Below, piece by piece: positions 6,302-10,456 of a DNA stretch of 10,456 bases. A program made the translations under genes and the position numbers. The notes beneath the pieces were generated by a model that had not been told where the DNA came from, did no database searches, and was given only the letters and a program-made list of their open reading frames with translations. The first letter of the stretch is position 1. Each line of letters opens with the position of its first letter. The stretch spans positions 1-10,456 of the forward strand of contig JAWOBU010000195.1 in the NCBI GenBank assembly GCA_046484135.1, given 5' to 3'. This DNA is from a bacterium (GTDB lineage Bacteria > RBG-13-61-14 > DATKZS01).

Positions 6302-7087
6302 TCAAGCGTCGGCCTGGTCGGGCTCACCGCCCAGGTAGGCCTCGATGACGGCGGGGTCGTTCTGGACGTCCCGGGGGGTCCCTTCCGCTATTTTGGCCCC
6401 TTCGGTCAAGACGGCGACCCGGTCGGATATCTCCATCACCAGCCGCATGTCATGCTCGACCACTATGACGGATATCCCCTTTGCCCGGATGGAGAGGATA
6501 TTCTCGCCCAGCTTGTCCGTCTCCGCGTGGTTCAGCCCCGCCGCAGGCTCGTCCAAAAGCAGGACCTCCGGCTCCGAAGCCAGCGCCCGGGCAATCTCCA
6601 ACATCCTCATTCTTCCGAAGGGCAACGAGGCCGCGGGCTCATGGGCCCTCTCTTGCAGCTCCATCTCGGCGAGTATCTCCAGGCACCAGTCCCTGGTCTT
6701 TCTCTCTTCCATTACCTCCCAGGGGGCTTTCAGCATGGCGGAGACAAGCCCGGCCCGCGTCTTGCCGTGCCTGCCCAGCATCACGTTCTCCAGCACGGTC
6801 ATGTCGTTGAAGATGCGGACGTTCTGGAAGGTCCGCGAGATACCCGCTTTGTTGATCCGGTGCGGAGCAAACCCGGTTATGTTCTCACCCTTGAAATGGA
6901 TGGCCCCGGCGTCCGCCCGCATGAGCCCGCTTATCACGTTGAAGAAGGTGGTCTTGCCGGCGCCGTTGGGTCCGATTAATCCCAGGACCTCGTCGGACCC
7001 CACTTGCAGGTCTATGTTCGAGAGAGCGGTCACTCCGCCGAAGCTCCGGCAGAGCGACTCGGTGCGAAGTATCTCCGGCCCTTCCAT
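6302..7087 (-). CDS. livG: HAAT/branched-chain amino acid ABC transporter ATP-binding protein, LivG type
   Basis: Walker A GPNGAGKTT, Q-loop RTFQN, LPFG...LEIARAL, Walker B LLLDEPAAGLN, VEHDM, C-terminal DPAVIEAYLG. Coupled to the livM stop through TGATG at 7089-7085. Confidence 0.93.
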   Translation of the reverse strand: MEGPEILRTESLCRSFGGVTALSNIDLQVGSDEVLGLIGPNGAGKTTFFNVISGLMRADAGAIHFKGENITGFAPHRINKAGISRTFQNVRIFNDMTVLENVMLGRHGKTRAGLVSAMLKAPWEVMEERKTRDWCLEILAEMELQERAHEPAASLPFGRMRMLEIARALASEPEVLLLDEPAAGLNHAETDKLGENILSIRAKGISVIVVEHDMRLVMEISDRVAVLTEGAKIAEGTPRDVQNDPAVIEAYLGGEPDQADA

Positions 7088-8136
7088 CAGCCCTTGCCTC
7101 CGACCAGCCTTTTCAGGCCCTGGGCCCCTCTGTCCATGAGTCCGGCCAGGCCCTTGGGAGAGACCAGCAGAACCACGATCAGGACCAGGCCGAACACCGC
7201 CATTTCATAGTCTTCTATCTCGGTCAGAAACTGAGGAAGCGAGTAAAGAACCGCAACGCCAAGTAGCGACCCCCAGATGCTGCCCATGCCTCCCACTACC
7301 ACCATGACCACCAGCTTGACGGACTCCATGAAACCGAAGGACGGCGAGCTCACGTGGCTTTGCAGGTGCGCGAACAAAGAGCCCGCAATGGAAGCGTACA
7401 TGGCGCTTACCGTAAAGATGAGCACCTTGGTCCGCATCACCGGCACTCCGCTCGAGGCGGCAGCCATCTCGTCGTCTCGCACCGCACACAACGCCCTCCC
7501 CACCCTCGAGTGGACCAGATGAATGGAAAACAGGAACAGGACCAGCCCGGTGATCCAGACCAGGTAGAAGTAGTCGGTCCCGAGCGGGCTCAGCTTTTTC
7601 CCGAAGAGCTCGAAGCGGGGGACCCCGCTTCCTGAGGTCCCGCCGGTCAGCTCGAACTCCTCCTTGAACACGATCTCGAGGATGATGCCGAAACCCAGGG
7701 TGGCCATGGCCAGGTAATGTCCTTTGAGCCGCAGGGTGGGTATGCCCACCAGGAGCGCCACCGCGCCGGTAAAGAGCGCGGCAATAAGTGCGGCCAGTAC
7801 CATGTGCTCCGCGGTAAAAGCCTGGAACGAGCCCGCCCACGAGATCAACGTCTCCGGGACCCATCCGAACGACTCGAGCCAGTTTTGGAGCCGGTTTTCC
7901 GCGGTAATGGTAAAGACCATGGACCCGTAGGCCCCCATGCCGAAAAAGGCGGCATGTCCGAGGGAAATCTGTCCGGCGTATCCCATGACCAGGTTGAGGC
8001 CCAAAGCCAGTATGGTAAAGATGCCTATCTTGCCGATCACGTCCAGGTAATAGGCGTCGTCAAGCCACAACGGAAGGGTAAGGATAAAAGCCGCCAAGAG
8101 CGACAGCAACAGGTAATCGCGTTTCAAGGTCCCCAT
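7087..8136 (-). CDS. livM: HAAT ABC transporter permease, LivM type
   Basis: Motifs LGLNLVMGYAGQISLGHAAFFGMGAY, LRLKGHYLAMATLGF, LTGG, SRVGRALCAVRDDEMAA, VVVGGMGSIWG. The start is ATG 8136 or GTG 8139, overlapping the livH stop (GTGATG), with AGGAGAGG upstream. Confidence 0.93.
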   Translation of the reverse strand: MGTLKRDYLLLSLLAAFILTLPLWLDDAYYLDVIGKIGIFTILALGLNLVMGYAGQISLGHAAFFGMGAYGSMVFTITAENRLQNWLESFGWVPETLISWAGSFQAFTAEHMVLAALIAALFTGAVALLVGIPTLRLKGHYLAMATLGFGIILEIVFKEEFELTGGTSGSGVPRFELFGKKLSPLGTDYFYLVWITGLVLFLFSIHLVHSRVGRALCAVRDDEMAAASSGVPVMRTKVLIFTVSAMYASIAGSLFAHLQSHVSSPSFGFMESVKLVVMVVVGGMGSIWGSLLGVAVLYSLPQFLTEIEDYEMAVFGLVLIVVLLVSPKGLAGLMDRGAQGLKRLVGGKG

Positions 8137-9086
8137 CACGCCCTCTCCTGCTCCGGCTCGCCCATGACCCCTTGGGGCCTGACAAACAGTACCAGCAGAA
8201 GGACCACGAACGCCAGCGCGTCCTTGTAGCCCGAGTTCACGTATCCGGCGAACATCGCTTCCAGGACTCCTATGGCAAGTCCTCCCACCACGGCGCCGTA
8301 GATGGACCCGATCCCGCCCAGGATGGCGGCGCAGAATCCTTTCAGGCCGATGTACTTGCCCATCAGGTAGTTGGCTATATAGATGGGGGTGATGACCACG
8401 CCGGCGAGTGCGCCCAGGGCGCCGGAGAGCGCGAAGGTAAACAGGACCATTCGGGGAACGCTGATGCCCATGAGCAGGGACGCTCGCGGGTTATGGGCGC
8501 AGGCGCGGAGGGCCTTTCCGGTCACGCTCCTGGTGTAAAAAGCGTGGAGCACGATCACCGCCACCAGTGTTAAGCCCATGACCCACAGGTACTGCGGCGT
8601 TATCGTGGCGCTGCCGATGTGGATGGGCCCGCCGCCGGAGAAAGCCTGCATGGAAAAGTCCTGCTTGTTCGAGAGTATCATGGCCGTGCCCTTGAAAAAG
8701 ATGGAGGCCCCGATGGTGATGATGATCATGTTGATGACGGACGGCGACTTTATAAAGTGGATGGTGGAAAGCTCGAACAGGGCGGCGATCAGGATCACCG
8801 CGGCCACAGCCAGGACCACCGCCAGCCAGAGCGGGAGCCCGAGCGGACCGGTCAAAGCGACCGCGAACAACGCCCCCATCATGGCGAACTCTCCCTGCGC
8901 AAAGTTAATCACGTCGGTGGCGTTATAGATGATGGTAAACCCGATGGCTATAAGGGCGTAGATACTGCCGTTGGTCAACCCGGCGAGCAGGAGCTGGAGG
9001 AACTTCTCGTTTGTAATGGCCAAGACCAGCACCAGCGCGGCCAGGCCGATCCCCGCCGTAATCTTTATGAGCCTGCTTGCATTCAT
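8136..9086 (-). CDS. livH: HAAT ABC transporter permease, LivH type
   Basis: Motifs GLTNGSIYALIAIGFTIIY...VINFAQGEF, TGKALRACAHNPRASLLMGI, KGFCAAILGGIGS, LLVLFVRPQG. ATG 9086 is preferred because the ORF-track start at 9143 lies inside the repeat element. Confidence 0.92.
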   Translation of the reverse strand: MNASRLIKITAGIGLAALVLVLAITNEKFLQLLLAGLTNGSIYALIAIGFTIIYNATDVINFAQGEFAMMGALFAVALTGPLGLPLWLAVVLAVAAVILIAALFELSTIHFIKSPSVINMIIITIGASIFFKGTAMILSNKQDFSMQAFSGGGPIHIGSATITPQYLWVMGLTLVAVIVLHAFYTRSVTGKALRACAHNPRASLLMGISVPRMVLFTFALSGALGALAGVVITPIYIANYLMGKYIGLKGFCAAILGGIGSIYGAVVGGLAIGVLEAMFAGYVNSGYKDALAFVVLLLVLFVRPQGVMGEPEQERA

Positions 9087-9108
9087 TGCTTTCGATACTC
9101 TTTTTATT

Positions 9109-9313
9109 TCACGCAGAGGCGATAAGCCGCAAAGGCAAGACAAGTAAACTTGCGCCGTTGCAATATCTTATGGAAAGCATCTTCCGGCCCGCTTTTCAAG
9201 GGAGCTCAATTCCGGAAAAGCCGGGCTTCGTCGGACCACTACGGTGGGCTTGTCTCCTGTCTTTAAACTCAAAAGAAATTTCCCCTTCTCTGCGTTTTGG
9301 CGCCTCTGCGTGA
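9109..9313. repeat. ~205-bp element bounded by 26-nt imperfect inverted repeats (MITE/REP-like)
   Basis: The left arm (9109-9134) is TCACGCAGAGGCGATAAGCCGCAAAG. The reverse complement of the right arm (9288-9313) is TCACGCAGAGGCGCCAAAACGCAGAG. The outer 13 nt are identical and 21 of 26 match overall. No target-site duplication is evident. Confidence 0.7.
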
Positions 9314-9363
9314 TACAATTGTTTGCCTCTGTTCCTATATTTCAAAGCACTGACCGGCATCAC

Positions 9364-9396
9364 GTTAAACGGGGTGGCGGAAACACCGCCACCCCG
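9364..9396 (-). terminator. Strong hairpin downstream of the SBP gene (partial intrinsic terminator or stabiliser)
   Basis: An 11-bp perfect GC-rich stem, CGGGGTGGCGG (9370-9380) with CCGCCACCCCG (9386-9396), and a 5-nt loop. On the minus strand it is followed by a short TTTAAC tail. Confidence 0.65.
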
Positions 9397-9475
9397 GCCT
9401 TGCAAACCCGGCTCGAGCGGTCAAGCTCATCTCCGGCCAGAGTCGGCCGGCGCTTGTCCGGAGCCGTAAGCGGCG

Positions 9476-10456
9476 TTACTCGGCGATCAGCTTCCAGTCC
9501 TTGTTCACGATCTCCACCATGACAAAGGCGTCCTTGGAAAGACCGTTATGGTCCGCCGGGGTCATGTTGAATACCCCGCCGGTGCCCACGAACTTGTCAA
9601 TGTTTTCCAGGGCGTCCCTGACCTTGGCCGGATCGTCGGTGCCCGCCTTCTCCATGGCCTTTTTAAGTATCATGAGCGAGTCATAAGCATGGCCGCCGAA
9701 AGTGGAGACCGGGCCGTAGCGCTCCTCAAAGTTTTTCTTGTACTCAGCCAGGACGGCCTTTTGGGGGTTGTCCTCCGGAAGCTGGTCCACCACCAGGAGC
9801 CGGCCGGCCGGAAGTATCTGTCCGTCGGCGGCGTCACCGCACAGGCCGATGAACTTCTTGCTGGCCACTCCGTGGCTCTGGACCAGAAGCATGTCCTCGT
9901 CCATGCCCAGGGTCTTGAAGTTCTTGGCCACGATGGCGGGGGCCTTCTGCACCGCCCATACCACCAGCGCCTGGGCGTCGGTGTTCTTTACCTTGGTGAG
10001 CTGGGGAGTCATGTCGGTGTCGTCCTGGCCGAACCGGTCGTCAGCCACGATCTCGATGTTGTAGTTGGGCGCGAGCCGCTTGAGCTCGGCCCGGCCGGAC
10101 TCGCCGTATCCGTTGGACACGTTCATAATGGCCACTTTCTCGATCCCCTTGTTGTTGAAGTACTCGTAGATTCTCTCCACCGCCATGGAGTCGGACTGGG
10201 GGGTCTTGAAAATCCATTTTCTGGCGTTGCCTTCCTCGTCCGCCACTATCTTGTAGCTGGCCGCGCAGGACACCAGGGGTATCTTGGCCGAGCTGATGGT
10301 GTCGAGAATCGCCAGGGAAGGGCCCGACCGGGTGGGGCCGATAATGGCCGAGACCTTGTCCTTGGTGATAAGGCGCTTGGCATAAGTAACCGCGCGGTCC
10401 TCCGATCCCTGGGTGTCGTAAAAAACGACCTCGAGGGGGTGACCGTTAATGCCGCC
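9476..10456 (-). CDS. livK: HAAT-family ABC transporter periplasmic substrate-binding protein (LivK-like, PBP1 fold); 5' end lies beyond the window
   Basis: The frame stays open beyond the ORF-track start up to the window edge: GGINGHPLEVVFYDTQGSEDRAVTYAKRLITKDKVSAIIGPTRSGPSLAILDTISSAKIPLVSCAA..., then WIFKTPQSD, DTDMTPQLTKVK, FGGHAYDS, GTGGVFNMTPADHNGL. It lies directly upstream of livH/M/G. Confidence 0.92.
   Translation of the reverse strand, partial: GGINGHPLEVVFYDTQGSEDRAVTYAKRLITKDKVSAIIGPTRSGPSLAILDTISSAKIPLVSCAASYKIVADEEGNARKWIFKTPQSDSMAVERIYEYFNNKGIEKVAIMNVSNGYGESGRAELKRLAPNYNIEIVADDRFGQDDTDMTPQLTKVKNTDAQALVVWAVQKAPAIVAKNFKTLGMDEDMLLVQSHGVASKKFIGLCGDAADGQILPAGRLLVVDQLPEDNPQKAVLAEYKKNFEERYGPVSTFGGHAYDSLMILKKAMEKAGTDDPAKVRDALENIDKFVGTGGVFNMTPADHNGLSKDAFVMVEIVNKDWKLIAE

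Noticed and set aside
6283..6305. Perfect TTGACA on the minus strand at the livG stop, as a possible MFS promoter
   Set aside because: There is no -10 hexamer at 16-18 nt spacing; that position falls inside the MFS coding sequence.
5389..7139. Plus-strand ORFs of 319, 226 and 264 aa opposite the MFS and livG genes
   Set aside because: Typical antisense frames of transporter and ABC ATPase genes, with no independent domain evidence.
9087..9143. ORF-track N-terminal extension of livH (TTG 9143)
   Set aside because: It starts inside the inverted-repeat element; ATG 9086 is more plausible.
9077..9522. Small ORFs (69-92 aa) in the livK-livH spacer as possible cargo or leader peptides
   Set aside because: No convincing SD or motifs. 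They run through the hairpins and repeat arms (HAEA... is simply the translated repeat), and no GxxExxY or transposase remnant is visible.

Overview
GC-rich bacterial chromosomal segment; gene content is compatible with an anaerobic, Deltaproteobacteria/Desulfobacterota-like Gram-negative organism (inference only). Left to right: the 5' end of a minus-strand gene resembling a group II PLP-dependent decarboxylase/lyase; a divergent promoter region; a large MltD-type lytic transglycosylase (SLT domain, 7 clear LysM domains and 1 degenerate one); a DUF374/LpxJ-like acyltransferase; and a ferredoxin-nitroreductase fusion. On the minus strand is a HAAT (Liv-type) ABC operon, SBP-livH-livM-livG, followed by an MFS transporter where livF would normally lie. 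No CRISPR array, tRNA, rRNA or transposase was seen, and I cannot support a claim of a clearly new system. The best leads are (1) a ~205-bp internally structured element between livK and livH, bounded by inverted arms of three CGCAGAG-like heptamers, (2) four LysM domains carrying an unusual H-D-[VC]-H motif in an A-B-A-B duplication pattern, and (3) the livG-MFS junction lacking livF.
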